Positions 40,527 through 50,103 of a stretch of DNA of 64,000 nt are shown here, in pieces. Location of the stretch: assembly GCA_963666205.1 (NCBI GenBank), contig OY762654.1, positions 416,001-480,000 on the forward strand, read 5' to 3'. How positions within the stretch are numbered: the stretch's first letter is position 1; every line of letters begins with the position of its first letter. Source of the stretch: Synergistales bacterium (lineage in GTDB: Bacteria; Synergistota; Synergistia; Synergistales; JAFGMB01). The position numbers and the translations under genes were made by a program. The notes under the pieces are model-generated. The model saw only the letters and a list, made by a program, of their open reading frames with translations. It had not been told where the DNA came from and made no database searches.

Positions 40527-41783
40527 TTATCTTGAACCAAAGAATCTGTCCAAAGTTACCGCAACAGCACTCCTGACCGAAAGATGGTTATAGTCCAGGT
40601 TTCCACCTTTGATAGGCTGCATAATCGCATCGCACTGTTCTATTATTTCATCATGTAGGCCCCAACCTGTTCCAAAAACAAAAAGCAAGGGTCTATCTGT
40701 TTCCAGTACCATACGTTTAAGTTCCAGCCAGTGCAGAGAACCTGTCCTTATATTTGCAGAAGTTGCTATGATATATGGTTTTCCATGTTCTTTATCCTCT
40801 ACCCACTTACAGGCCTTTTCCATATCCGGGAAAAGTCTGATGAGCTTAAGAGCCTCTCCTCTGCTGGGAATGAAGGATGCTCCATATCCATCGATCCAAT
40901 GTTTAGTGATCTTTCTTACAAACTCCCGCTGACTGGGAACTGGCGATGTAACAAGAAACCGTTTTACGCCAAACGTTCTGCACGTTCTACTGATATCATG
41001 GAGATCCAGTCCCATTATGGCAGTGCTGTTCTTCTGGCCATTACGATCATAAACAGGGGAATGGATAAGCGAAACAAAGACCCCCTTCTTTAGGTACGGA
41101 AGGATATTTGCCCTGCCTAACATATCAGGTCTTCTTTTCATAGTCCTTGTAACGGCTTCATTTCTTCTCCAGTAATCTATTTCAGCCTTGTTACCTGAAG
41201 TGAGAACTTCCGGAACGTCTAGTCCATTCCATCCCGCTGGTCTCGTAAAATGCGGATGGTCAAGCATTCCACGGAAAAACGAGTCTTCTATGACTGCTTC
41301 CTGACGACCTACCACACCGGGAATCTGTCTTAACACCGAATCAATTATCGCCATTGCTGGAATTTCGCCACCAGTTAATACATAGTCACCGATGGAAACT
41401 TCAAGATCAACATACTTCTGAACAAATCTCTCGTCAATACCTTCATAGTGTCCGCAGATAATTACAATATGCTCTCTTGATGCGAGAGATTCAACAATCT
41501 CCTGGGTTAAAACTGCCCCCTGGGGACTTGGATAGAGAACAAACTTACCCGTCCCTGAATCAGAGAGGGATTCAAGGGCTATTTTCAAGGGTTCGGCCAT
41601 AAGTACCATGCCACCGCCCCCAAAGGCATAATCGTCTACCTGTCGATAATGACCTTGTGCAAAATCCCTTAGATCAATAACATCAAATTCAATGAGACCC
41701 TTTTCTACGGCTTTACCGATAATACTAGTAGAAAAGAAATTTCTCAGAAAATCGGGAAAAGCTGTAATAACAGAAACTCTCAT
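40527..41783 (-). CDS. trmD: tRNA (guanine37-N1)-methyltransferase TrmD fused to a second SPOUT (TM1570-like) domain
   Basis: N-terminal VDD..FGGGGMV, SPQG, ICGHYEGIDER, SIGDYVLTGGE; C-terminal LIHSPV...DLHDISR..RTFG...FGTGWGL...YNHLSVRSA.A..LDR. Confidence 0.93.
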   Translation of the reverse strand: MRVSVITAFPDFLRNFFSTSIIGKAVEKGLIEFDVIDLRDFAQGHYRQVDDYAFGGGGMVLMAEPLKIALESLSDSGTGKFVLYPSPQGAVLTQEIVESLASREHIVIICGHYEGIDERFVQKYVDLEVSIGDYVLTGGEIPAMAIIDSVLRQIPGVVGRQEAVIEDSFFRGMLDHPHFTRPAGWNGLDVPEVLTSGNKAEIDYWRRNEAVTRTMKRRPDMLGRANILPYLKKGVFVSLIHSPVYDRNGQKNSTAIMGLDLHDISRTCRTFGVKRFLVTSPVPSQREFVRKITKHWIDGYGASFIPSRGEALKLIRLFPDMEKACKWVEDKEHGKPYIIATSANIRTGSLHWLELKRMVLETDRPLLFVFGTGWGLHDEIIEQCDAIMQPIKGGNLDYNHLSVRSAVAVTLDRFFGSR

Positions 41784-42328
41784 TAATCGAACAATCCTTC
41801 AATAAGATCTACTTCTATCGTTTTATTGACAAGGTCGATCTTTTTAATGAACTGGCCGACTGCGGGGATATGCTTCTCTTTTCCATCCGTAGATAGCACT
41901 TCGTACACATCGTTTTCACCTATGTCAAGAACGTTTATAACATGTCCCAATTCTTCTCCGGTCTCTCTGTTTACAACTTTCAACCCGATGATATCATCAA
42001 CCCAGTATTCCCCTTCCGAAAGATCATGTTTCTCGGATTCGGGTATTTTAATCAACCCACCCCTTAGAGCTTCTGCGGCATCCCGGTCGTTGATCTCATC
42101 AGTATCAATAATAAGATAACCTTTACTTTCAAGAGTTCTCACGTTCCGCACTGAAAGAGAACAAATAAAATTCCCTTCTTTTGAGTACACATGGAGTTCA
42201 GACATCTCGTGAAATCTTTCAGGGTAATCAGTCAGGGGCTGTAACTTGATAGTACCCTTTACTCCATGGGGGCCGACAATGCGACCCACAGTTACCAGTT
42301 CATAGGAACCCATTACGGTCATCCTCAT
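41783..42328 (-). CDS. rimM: Ribosome maturation factor RimM
   Basis: VGRIVGPHGVKG, DRDAAEALRG, EYWVDDIIGL, NDVYEV, IPAV. Confidence 0.95.
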   Translation of the reverse strand: MRMTVMGSYELVTVGRIVGPHGVKGTIKLQPLTDYPERFHEMSELHVYSKEGNFICSLSVRNVRTLESKGYLIIDTDEINDRDAAEALRGGLIKIPESEKHDLSEGEYWVDDIIGLKVVNRETGEELGHVINVLDIGENDVYEVLSTDGKEKHIPAVGQFIKKIDLVNKTIEVDLIEGLFD

Positions 42329-42564
42329 TCCTCGATATCTACATCCACCTTGTCATTTGCCTTTACTGCAGAAGATTTTGTAACAAGACGGATAGCGTTT
42401 ATGGTTGCACCCTTTTTGCCTATTATTCTTCCAATATCTTCAGGGGCAACTCTTATAGCTATTTTAACAATCCCGTCTTCCTCAACAGAATTTACTTCTA
42501 CTGCATCCGGCCTTGTAACAAGCCGTTCGACAATATACTGGACAAGCGCTCTGTAGTCAGGCAT
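42325..42564 (-). CDS. khpA: KH-domain RNA-binding protein KhpA
   Basis: LV..PDAV, VAPEDIGRIIGKKGATINAIR; canonical position between rpsP and rimM. Confidence 0.92.
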   Translation of the reverse strand: MPDYRALVQYIVERLVTRPDAVEVNSVEEDGIVKIAIRVAPEDIGRIIGKKGATINAIRLVTKSSAVKANDKVDVDIEE

Positions 42565-42566
42565 GA

Positions 42567-42842
42567 TTACTGAGCCTGCTTCTTATTTTCCTGAAATTTG
42601 TCCCAGACGCCAGTTCTAATAAGGAGCCCACGAGCCGTATCAGAGGGTAAAGCACCTTCCTTCAGCCAGTGCATTACCCTTTCTTCATCCACTTTTATAG
42701 AAGCTGGATCAGTCATTGGGTCGTAGGTACCAAGCATTTCAATAAAGCGTCCATCCCTCGGAGATCTGGAATCTGCAACTACGAGCCGATAGAAAGGACT
42801 TTTTTTGCGACCGTGTCTTGCAAGACGAATTCTTACTGCCAT
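42567..42842 (-). CDS. rpsP: 30S ribosomal protein S16
   Basis: [36 protein letters not shown]. Confidence 0.99.
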   Translation of the reverse strand: MAVRIRLARHGRKKSPFYRLVVADSRSPRDGRFIEMLGTYDPMTDPASIKVDEERVMHWLKEGALPSDTARGLLIRTGVWDKFQENKKQAQ

Positions 42843-42937
42843 AAAACAACACCTCCAGTGTAAATTATTTTCTTTATTAATAGGAATCTACCCTTTCCGG
42901 TAAAAGAACGGGTAGTATAACCACATAAATATTCGGA

Positions 42938-44272
42938 CTAGAAAAGATTACCAGGAAATTTAAAACCCTTGCGGTTCTTTGCTTTACCGATTTTTTTCCA
43001 CAGCTGATTCATCTGATCATGCTGTTTTAGCAGTTGGTTCACCAGTTGAACGCTGGTCCCGGAACCCTCTGCAATCCTTTTACGGCGGCTCCCCTTGATA
43101 ATCTGCGGATTCTTTCTTTCCTGATCAGTCATTGAAAGAATTATAGCTTTTGTCTGCTTAATTCTTTTGGGATCCAGCTCCGCATTCTTGAGACCTTTCA
43201 TTTTCCCAGCTCCAGGTATCATATCCAGAACCTTATCAAGTGGGCCCATCTTCTCTATCTGATCGAATTGAAGTAAAAGATCATTCATTGTAAGTCTCTG
43301 TTTTTTAAAACTTTTAGCAAGCTTGTCAACATCGTCCTGGTTTGCAATCTGCTGGACCTTTTCTGCAAGACCCGCTACATCGCCCATTCCAAGAATTCTC
43401 TGGGACATTCTTTTAGCATCAAAAGCTTCAAGGGCATCAATACCCTCGCCAACTCCAGCAAACTTGATAGCAATCCCCGTTGAAGCTTTAATGGCAAGAG
43501 CAGCTCCACCTCTGGCATCACCATCAAGTTTCGAAATAATAACACCTGTCAGTGTAAGCCTTTCATGAAAGCTCGATGCTACTTTAACAGCTTCCTGACC
43601 TGTCATTGAATCTACTACAAGAAGGATCTCATGGGGAGAGGTAATTTCCCGTATCATCTGCAGCTCTTCCATAAGTTCATCATCTATATGCAATCTACCA
43701 GCTGTATCAAGAAGGATCACGTCTATAAGGTTCTGAGTTGCATAGTCAAGGGAAGCCCTGACTACCGAAAGCGGATCAGATATACCCTCTGAAGGTCCAT
43801 AGAAATCAACTTTTGCCTGATCCGCAAGAATCCTCAGTTGCTCGACAGCAGCAGGTCTCCTGAGATCACATGCAACAACCAACGGCTTATGACCTCTTGA
43901 AAGTTTTTTTGCAAGCTTCACAGTACTGGTTGTTTTTCCACTTCCCTGTAAACCGACCATGAGGCATATCGTCGGAGGCTTGGGTGAAATTGTAAGGGGA
44001 ACAACATGGTCACCCATAAGAGAAATGAGTTGCTCATAAACTATTGCAATTACCTGCTGTGCAGGGGTAATGGACTCCAGGACTTCCTGTCCGATAGCTC
44101 TTTCCCTTACACTGCCTACAAAAGATTTCACAATCTTGTAATCCACATCAGCTTCCAACAGCGCTCTCCTTACTTCCCTGAGCGCTGCATTCACATCATC
44201 TTCTGTAAGTTTACCCTTTCCTCTAAGACCATCAAAAATAGAATCAAGTCTTTCTCGCAATGCATCAAACAT
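42938..44272 (-). CDS. ffh: Signal recognition particle protein
   Basis: ALLEADV, GLQGSGKTT, DTAGR, KLDGDARGGAAL, RILGMGD, SRRKRIAEGSG. Confidence 0.98.
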   Translation of the reverse strand: MFDALRERLDSIFDGLRGKGKLTEDDVNAALREVRRALLEADVDYKIVKSFVGSVRERAIGQEVLESITPAQQVIAIVYEQLISLMGDHVVPLTISPKPPTICLMVGLQGSGKTTSTVKLAKKLSRGHKPLVVACDLRRPAAVEQLRILADQAKVDFYGPSEGISDPLSVVRASLDYATQNLIDVILLDTAGRLHIDDELMEELQMIREITSPHEILLVVDSMTGQEAVKVASSFHERLTLTGVIISKLDGDARGGAALAIKASTGIAIKFAGVGEGIDALEAFDAKRMSQRILGMGDVAGLAEKVQQIANQDDVDKLAKSFKKQRLTMNDLLLQFDQIEKMGPLDKVLDMIPGAGKMKGLKNAELDPKRIKQTKAIILSMTDQERKNPQIIKGSRRKRIAEGSGTSVQLVNQLLKQHDQMNQLWKKIGKAKNRKGFKFPGNLF

Positions 44273-44639
44273 GGAGGTCTCCTAAAGAATCAATGATTTG
44301 GTCTATCTGTAAAACAAAAGATTTCGGCAATTCCTGCTGCCAGGATCTAGTAACTTCTCTTATTCTTTCAAGGTATTCTTCGTATTGTTGTACTCTTTTT
44401 GAAAAAGAAAGGTCGTGCTCCAGATTTGTTAGTCTGTCTATAGCCCTTTGAAGGAGATCATGGGCAGCCTGCCTTGATATACCAGTTTTTTCTGCTATTT
44501 CTCCTAGAGAAAGATCCATTAATTCATGAAGTTCGAATACTTCTCTCTGCTTTTTTGTCAGAATTGGCGAATAAAGATCAAAGAGAACTGTCAGGTTGAT
44601 CCTTTTTTCAAGATAAGAACTGTTATTCAAAATCATCAC
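44265..44639 (-). CDS. ylxM: YlxM family DNA-binding protein
   Basis: LFDLY..ILTKKQ...DLSLGEIAE..GISRQA.HD; overlaps the ffh start. Confidence 0.9.
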   Translation of the reverse strand: MMILNNSSYLEKRINLTVLFDLYSPILTKKQREVFELHELMDLSLGEIAEKTGISRQAAHDLLQRAIDRLTNLEHDLSFSKRVQQYEEYLERIREVTRSWQQELPKSFVLQIDQIIDSLGDLHV

Positions 44640-44658
44640 CCCCGAAGCAGCAGAAAAG

Positions 44659-44705
44659 ATTATAAGTTCCGCTTAAGTGTCTGTCAAGTATTAGACCTTG
44701 ACAGA
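44659..44705 (-). promoter_or_regulatory. Consensus sigma70 promoter of ylxM-ffh with a palindrome over the -35
   Basis: TTGACA(44682-87)-N17-TATAAT(44659-64); TCTGTCAAG-N8-CTTGACAGA at 44680-44705. Confidence 0.8.
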
Positions 44706-44852
44706 ATGAAATTCCCTTTTTCGATAATTTCCATTCTTAAATTCTTCTACCCCCTGGCCTAAGTCTTTTGAACTATAGACAAATCTCATCTTGTTTGCAA
44801 TCATAGTCAACGTCCGTATAAGTAGAATACGGAAAAGGGAGATGAGAAATAA

Positions 44853-45518
44853 ATGGAAGAAAAAAAACTTTCACCCTTTCAGCCCGCAATAACTGAAAAG
44901 AATCGCCTTCTGGGTGAAACTGTCGTAAAAGCCCTTTCTGAGAACGGTTTCTACGCCAAATACGTCGGGTCCAGAGAAGAAGCTCTGAGGGAAGTTCTGG
45001 AGCTTATACCTGAAGGCGTTTCTGTAGGTATTCCTGGAAGTGTTACAATCAGGGAAATAGGAGCACTGGAGAAACTTCAGGAAAGAGGCAACAAAGTATT
45101 CCATCACTGGGATCCAAACCTTACTCCTGAATCAAAGAATCAGAGACTTACAGATGAAAATAATTCAGATTACATACTCACGAGTTCCAATGCTGTAACT
45201 CATGACGGGATGCTGGTCAATATTGACGGTGTAGGCAATAGGGTAAGTGCAATGGCTTGGGGAAATAACCCGATTATATATGTGGTTGGGATCAATAAAG
45301 TCACAAAAGATCTGCAATCTGCCATACAAAGGGTCCGTGATGAAGCCACACCACCCAATGCCCTGAGGCTTAGTATTGATACACCATGCTCAAAAACCGG
45401 ACATTGCATGGATTGCAGATCCACAAGCAGGGTCTGCAGAGCCCTCCTCATCCTTGAACGGGCAACAATGGGCAGAAAATCTCATGTAGTAATTGTCGGA
45501 GAAGATCTTGGATATTGA
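44853..45518 (+). CDS. LUD-domain (lactate utilisation protein C-like) protein
   Basis: GSVTI, LTSSNAVT.DG.LVNIDG.GNRV, VVGINK, PPNALRL...TPC..TG.C.DC....RVC. Confidence 0.85.
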   Translation: MEEKKLSPFQPAITEKNRLLGETVVKALSENGFYAKYVGSREEALREVLELIPEGVSVGIPGSVTIREIGALEKLQERGNKVFHHWDPNLTPESKNQRLTDENNSDYILTSSNAVTHDGMLVNIDGVGNRVSAMAWGNNPIIYVVGINKVTKDLQSAIQRVRDEATPPNALRLSIDTPCSKTGHCMDCRSTSRVCRALLILERATMGRKSHVVIVGEDLGY

Positions 45519-45630
45519 TCGACAATATCCTGTTCCATAGACTGCCCTTTGACTTACGATCAAACAGAATTACTGGTAGTAATATATTTTTGCTGAAAAA
45601 CAAGAGGGAGATCATACAGGAGGGAAACCT

Positions 45631-46623
45631 ATGCCCAAAAGAAACAAGATCGCTCTTGTGATTGCAGGTGGCCAGATAGGCATGAAATTCTCGGAAAAAC
45701 TGAACGGCCATACTCCTTCATTGAGCGGAGAGGAAATAATGTACTGGCTTCCTCAGGAATTATCTGAAAACCTGGAAATAGTTGACTGGAGCCATCAACC
45801 CAGCAGTCATTACACAATGAGAATGACAAGTGACCTTGTGCATATACTGAATAAACTTGTTCAGGAAGGTATAGCAGGCATTGTTGTCTTGTGTGGAACA
45901 GACACCCTTGAGGAAATGGCATACCTGACCGATCTACTGTGGGCATATCCTCAACCTGTTATTTTTACAGGAGCAGTTCTACCCCCTGATATGATCGGCT
46001 CAGATGCATCAATCAACATTACCCAGGCGATCATGGCAGCCCGCTCTGAAGCATGTTGGGGTTTAGGGGTAATGGCTTGTTTTCAAGACCAGCTTTTCGC
46101 CGCTTCTGAGGTCACACAGATAGCGAATCACAGAGGTTCCGCATTTGTAGCTCCAGATCGTGGTCCTGTAGCTGAAATTGTCGGTGAAGAAGTAACGATT
46201 CTAAGAGTTTACAAAAGGCCCAAAGTACTGGAAGGTGATTTTTCTCCTGCTCGAAACGTTGAGTTACTTTGGATAGCCCTTGGATCAAGCAGCAAAATAG
46301 TTGAAACCATGGCTACAGAAAAAGAAAAAAGCATTGACGGTCTTGTTCTGGCTGCATTCGGTAATGGTAATATCCCTCCCTCCTGGACCCCTCACATTAA
46401 AACGCTTGTTAAGGAAGGCATTCCTGTAGTTCTTACCTCTCGTTGTCTGTCGGGCCACGTTAGAAGGATGTTCAGTTTTGAGGGAAGTGTAAACAAACTG
46501 CTTGAAATGGGGGTTATGTCGGGTGGACATTTATCTCCAATCCATGCAAGACTTAAGCTTGCTGTAGCATTAGGGGCAGGCCTTAAAGAAAAGGTGCTTC
46601 AGAATTATATTATCGATAAATAG
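45631..46623 (+). CDS. Asparaginase/glutaminase-family protein with substituted catalytic residues
   Basis: GTDTLEEMAY, PVIFTGA, G.V.AAFGNGNIP, IPVV.TSRC..G, ARLKL; N-terminal GGQI replaces GGTI. Confidence 0.8.
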   Translation: MPKRNKIALVIAGGQIGMKFSEKLNGHTPSLSGEEIMYWLPQELSENLEIVDWSHQPSSHYTMRMTSDLVHILNKLVQEGIAGIVVLCGTDTLEEMAYLTDLLWAYPQPVIFTGAVLPPDMIGSDASINITQAIMAARSEACWGLGVMACFQDQLFAASEVTQIANHRGSAFVAPDRGPVAEIVGEEVTILRVYKRPKVLEGDFSPARNVELLWIALGSSSKIVETMATEKEKSIDGLVLAAFGNGNIPPSWTPHIKTLVKEGIPVVLTSRCLSGHVRRMFSFEGSVNKLLEMGVMSGGHLSPIHARLKLAVALGAGLKEKVLQNYIIDK

Positions 46624-46682
46624 CCCGTTTGAAAAAGTTTCGTTAAAGGAGCGGATAATTTAACAAATCGTGATCTGCTCCT

Positions 46683-47441
46683 TTATTGTCCGGACATCAC
46701 AACTCCTGTTAACATTTTTAAAGCACTGACTGTAATAACAGCTGCCAGAATCCATCTCAGCCAGGTATTGCCCTTTGCTATGCTGAATCTGGCACCGAGA
46801 TAACCTCCAGCCATATTACCGAATGCGAGGATAAGACCTACCTGAAAGTCAACCATTCCCTTCGCAGTAAAAATTATCAGGCTGATCAATGTGTAAGAGG
46901 CAATGATACTAACTTTCAATGCATTGGCACTAAGCAGATCTTTACCAGCAAGACCAACAAGTCCCCAAAGCATGAAAAAACCTACTCCAGCCTGGATGAA
47001 TCCACCATACATACCTATAAAGAAAAAAGCAGTTGCAACCAATGGCACTGGAACTTTCTGTTCACGTTCTTTTTCCCACATATCAGGCTTTGCGATCAAC
47101 AGAATCGCCATTAAAAGAATTAACACTGAAATAATACTCTTGAGTATCCTTTCATCCAGGCTTACTGCAAGAAAAGTTCCGAATATGGAACCTATTGCTG
47201 CAGGGACTGAAAAAAAAGCAGCCTCCTTAAGGGAAAGAATTCCTTCTTTACTGAATTTTTTCATTGCTACCATATTCTGACAGATAATGGCAACTCTGTT
47301 CGTCGCATTAGCGGTATACATATCCATCCCACCCAGGGCAAGAACCGGCAAGACAAGCAAACTCCCTCCCCCTGCAGTGACATTGAGGAAACCTGCTATG
47401 AGTCCAGTTAACACAATAAGAACGTAATGGGAAAGATCCAT
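46683..47441 (-). CDS. TauE/SafE (TSUP) family transporter
   Basis: AGFLNVTAGGGSLL..P.L, ANATN, IGMYGGFIQAGVG. Confidence 0.88.
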   Translation of the reverse strand: MDLSHYVLIVLTGLIAGFLNVTAGGGSLLVLPVLALGGMDMYTANATNRVAIICQNMVAMKKFSKEGILSLKEAAFFSVPAAIGSIFGTFLAVSLDERILKSIISVLILLMAILLIAKPDMWEKEREQKVPVPLVATAFFFIGMYGGFIQAGVGFFMLWGLVGLAGKDLLSANALKVSIIASYTLISLIIFTAKGMVDFQVGLILAFGNMAGGYLGARFSIAKGNTWLRWILAAVITVSALKMLTGVVMSGQ

Positions 47442-47576
47442 TTTTATCCCCCGATAGTAATATTTTTATTCAAGGATTGATCAACAGAGATTTTATCATA
47501 TTCTCTCCTGTTCACTTCATTGGGTTACCGTGGTACAATGAGAACATCCTGATCAATTTTAAAAGAAGGTGATCAT

Positions 47577-48005
47577 ATGAGATACGCCGCATCAGAAGAG
47601 GTTGTAGTAATCAGGCTTACTGAGGGTGACGATATCCATGATTCTATCTCTCAGGTCTGTACGGAGAATAATATCGACTCTGCTATGGTTGTCACAGGTC
47701 TGGGTATGGTCAGCCATATTACTTTCGGCTGGTTCACCGGTAATGAATATCTTACAGAGACACATGACAACACCTTCGAACTAATAGGCTTAAACGGAAA
47801 TATCAGCTATAAGGGAAACAAGCTCTATCCTCATCTCCACGGAATCTTCAGCAGGGAAGATCACTCTGTACTTGGGGGTCATATACTCAAGGCAACCGCT
47901 CATAACAATATAGAAATCTTTATAAAACCTATACAGACCATATTCCTGAACCGGGATTTTGACGGATGGTTTGACGCCCTGGCCCCGGAAAAAAGGAGTT
48001 CCTGA
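47577..48005 (+). CDS. PPC/DUF296 domain protein
   Basis: IRL.EGDDI, FEL..LNGNI, PHLHG, VLGGH. Confidence 0.85.
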   Translation: MRYAASEEVVVIRLTEGDDIHDSISQVCTENNIDSAMVVTGLGMVSHITFGWFTGNEYLTETHDNTFELIGLNGNISYKGNKLYPHLHGIFSREDHSVLGGHILKATAHNNIEIFIKPIQTIFLNRDFDGWFDALAPEKRSS

Positions 48006-48035
48006 AAAAGAGCTTGAGCAGAATTTTCTACATAT

Positions 48036-48075
48036 AAAAACGTCATACCCGGAAATCTTTGTTTCCGGGTATGAC
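48036..48075. terminator. Probable bidirectional terminator between convergent genes
   Basis: CGTCATACCCGGAAA-TCTTTG-TTTCCGGGTATGACG 15-bp stem. Confidence 0.75.
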
Positions 48076-48100
48076 GATTCGTTATGCAGAGGAATTATTA

Positions 48101-48589
48101 TCAGTCCTTTTTAATATCCAACTGTTCTCCTCCTGTAATTCTTTCGAGTTCCTGCGGAGATAGTGGGAAAAAGGCATGATCTGTTCCAGCAGCAGCCCAT
48201 ACTGTTTCATACATGAACAGATCTTCGTCAAGCAGAGCCTTGAGGTTTTCCGGGTAACCGACAGGAGGGACTCCACCCACTTTAAAACCAGAAAATTTAA
48301 AAACAAAATCAGGATCAGCCATTTTCACTTTGCGCACACCAAGAAACCTTCTGATCTTTTTTATGTTGACTCTGTTAGTTCCTGAGAGGAGAGCAAGGAT
48401 TGGTTCGTCATCGGCTATCAGGACAAGGCTTTTAAGAATATGTTCAGGGGGGGCCCCTACCGCCCTGGAAGCATCCTCAACCGTAAAGATGGTATCCGAT
48501 GTGGTCAGGATCTCTCCCTGGTAGCCATTATTTTCAAGAAAGATACGAACTTTTTCGATTGGATCAGGTTCTGTACTGGGAAACGTCAA
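48101..48589 (-). CDS. YbaK/EbsC family aminoacyl-tRNA deacylase
   Basis: TVEDAS.AVG....ILKSLV, SGFKVGGVPPVG, VWAAAGT; GGAGG RBS supports TTG 48589. Confidence 0.88.
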   Translation of the reverse strand: MTFPSTEPDPIEKVRIFLENNGYQGEILTTSDTIFTVEDASRAVGAPPEHILKSLVLIADDEPILALLSGTNRVNIKKIRRFLGVRKVKMADPDFVFKFSGFKVGGVPPVGYPENLKALLDEDLFMYETVWAAAGTDHAFFPLSPQELERITGGEQLDIKKD

Positions 48590-48661
48590 CTCATACACCT
48601 CCACAAGATAGAGACAGGCCAAAAGGAGATCCATAAATTGATCCTGAGGATCTATCTATAT

Positions 48662-49531
48662 TTATTCTCCCCTTTGCTGCAGAAATTTAAGAAGAACATC
48701 CATGGCACTGGTTGAAATTGTTCCATGCATAATGTAAAAAGAACGACTTAGGGGCGGGTCAAAGGGAATTGCGACTATATCAGCATTACGGGGGATAGCC
48801 AGTTTGGACACTACACCCGCTTCAGCACCGTGTTCAACGGCATTAATCACTGCCATTACATGCCCAAATTTCAGATGAAGTTCAGCAAGATTTACAGACT
48901 TATCCGCAAGCTTTGCTTCCAGAACATTTCTGGTACCGGAGCCCGAGGTTCTGCCTACCAGGTTCAACCCATCCAGATCTCTGAGAGGAACTCGTTCTTC
49001 CATAGAAAGGCGATGCCCTTTTTTGACAATAAGGAATAATTCATCATTAAAAAAAGGATGAATTTCAAAACCGGCAAGGTGTTTTTCCTGTCCTACTATG
49101 GCGATATCCGACTCATGGTTAACCAGGTTTTCCACGGCTTTTTGAGAATCCGATATCATAACCTCTATTGAAACATTGGGATATATAGAATTGAAATCTA
49201 CCAGGATTTCAGGGAGAAGAAAATCTCCGGGAATTGAACTTGCGCTGATTGTTATATGCCCCGAGACTTCATCTGACGTTTCTGCTATTTCCCGTCTTAC
49301 ATCAGAAAGTGAGTTCTGAATCCTGGTTGCATATTTATATACTATTTCCCCTTCTGGCGTAAGAACAGAACATCGATGTCCCCTTTTAAAAAGTTTTACT
49401 CCCAGATCTTCCTCGAGTTTAGCAATATGCTTGCTTACTGCCGGTTGTGAAACTCCGAGAAAAGCCGCAGCACTGGATATACTTCCCTTTTCAAGTACAG
49501 CGACGAAACTTTCCAACTGTTTGAAGATCAT
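48662..49531 (-). CDS. LysR-family transcriptional regulator (CysL-like)
   Basis: SISSAAAFLGVSQPAVSKHIAKLE..LGVKLF HTH; ASSIPG..LLP, GSGTR. Confidence 0.9.
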   Translation of the reverse strand: MIFKQLESFVAVLEKGSISSAAAFLGVSQPAVSKHIAKLEEDLGVKLFKRGHRCSVLTPEGEIVYKYATRIQNSLSDVRREIAETSDEVSGHITISASSIPGDFLLPEILVDFNSIYPNVSIEVMISDSQKAVENLVNHESDIAIVGQEKHLAGFEIHPFFNDELFLIVKKGHRLSMEERVPLRDLDGLNLVGRTSGSGTRNVLEAKLADKSVNLAELHLKFGHVMAVINAVEHGAEAGVVSKLAIPRNADIVAIPFDPPLSRSFYIMHGTISTSAMDVLLKFLQQRGE

Positions 49532-49676
49532 TCATCCAACCTCCGATGGGAATATTTTTTCTCGTCTTTATTGCAATACAGAAACGATTTTACTACAGTT
49601 TACCTGTTTTACAGATCATTTATCCCCAAATCAAAGGATTTATTCTATTTCTGGACATTATAATTCGCAAGACTGC

Positions 49677-49718
49677 TTGTCAACAAAAGTTTATTGATAT
49701 ATATTTTAAGATATCAAT
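49677..49718 (+). promoter_or_regulatory. Promoter and palindromic operator of the XRE regulator
   Basis: TTGTCA-N17-TATATT; ATTGATAT-N10-ATATCAAT (49693-49718) brackets the -10 and start site. Confidence 0.6.
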
Positions 49719-49734
49719 TGAAGGAGGTCAGATA

Positions 49735-50103
49735 ATGAGCTTAGGTTTAAGGATCAAGACCTTGAGAAAAACATTGGGCTATACGCAACAAGCCCTAGCC
49801 GACATAACCGATGTAAGTAGGATTTACATCCAGGCCCTGGAAAGCAACAGACGCCTCCCTTCCATGAAACTACTGGCCAGACTTGCAGATGCCCTTGAAG
49901 TGGAAGTCAAAGATCTTGTCCAGGAAATGCCTTCTGACAGTGAAGGGAAACTTCATTTAGAAGAAGTCCTTGGTAACTCTGAGGAAATCGAAGTATGGTA
50001 CAGAAGTAAAAAGCTTTCTCAGAACGAATTGCAGTTCGTCCAGAGACTTATTGACGCTGCTCTTATCAAATGGGAGGCAGAAGAAAACGAAGATGGAGCT
50101 TAG
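49735..50103 (+). CDS. XRE/Cro-CI family HTH regulator (ImmR-like)
   Basis: LGLRIKTLRK..GYTQQALA....VSR.YI..LE.NRR.PS..LL..LA.AL; AGGAGG RBS before ATG 49735. Confidence 0.9.
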   Translation: MSLGLRIKTLRKTLGYTQQALADITDVSRIYIQALESNRRLPSMKLLARLADALEVEVKDLVQEMPSDSEGKLHLEEVLGNSEEIEVWYRSKKLSQNELQFVQRLIDAALIKWEAEENEDGA

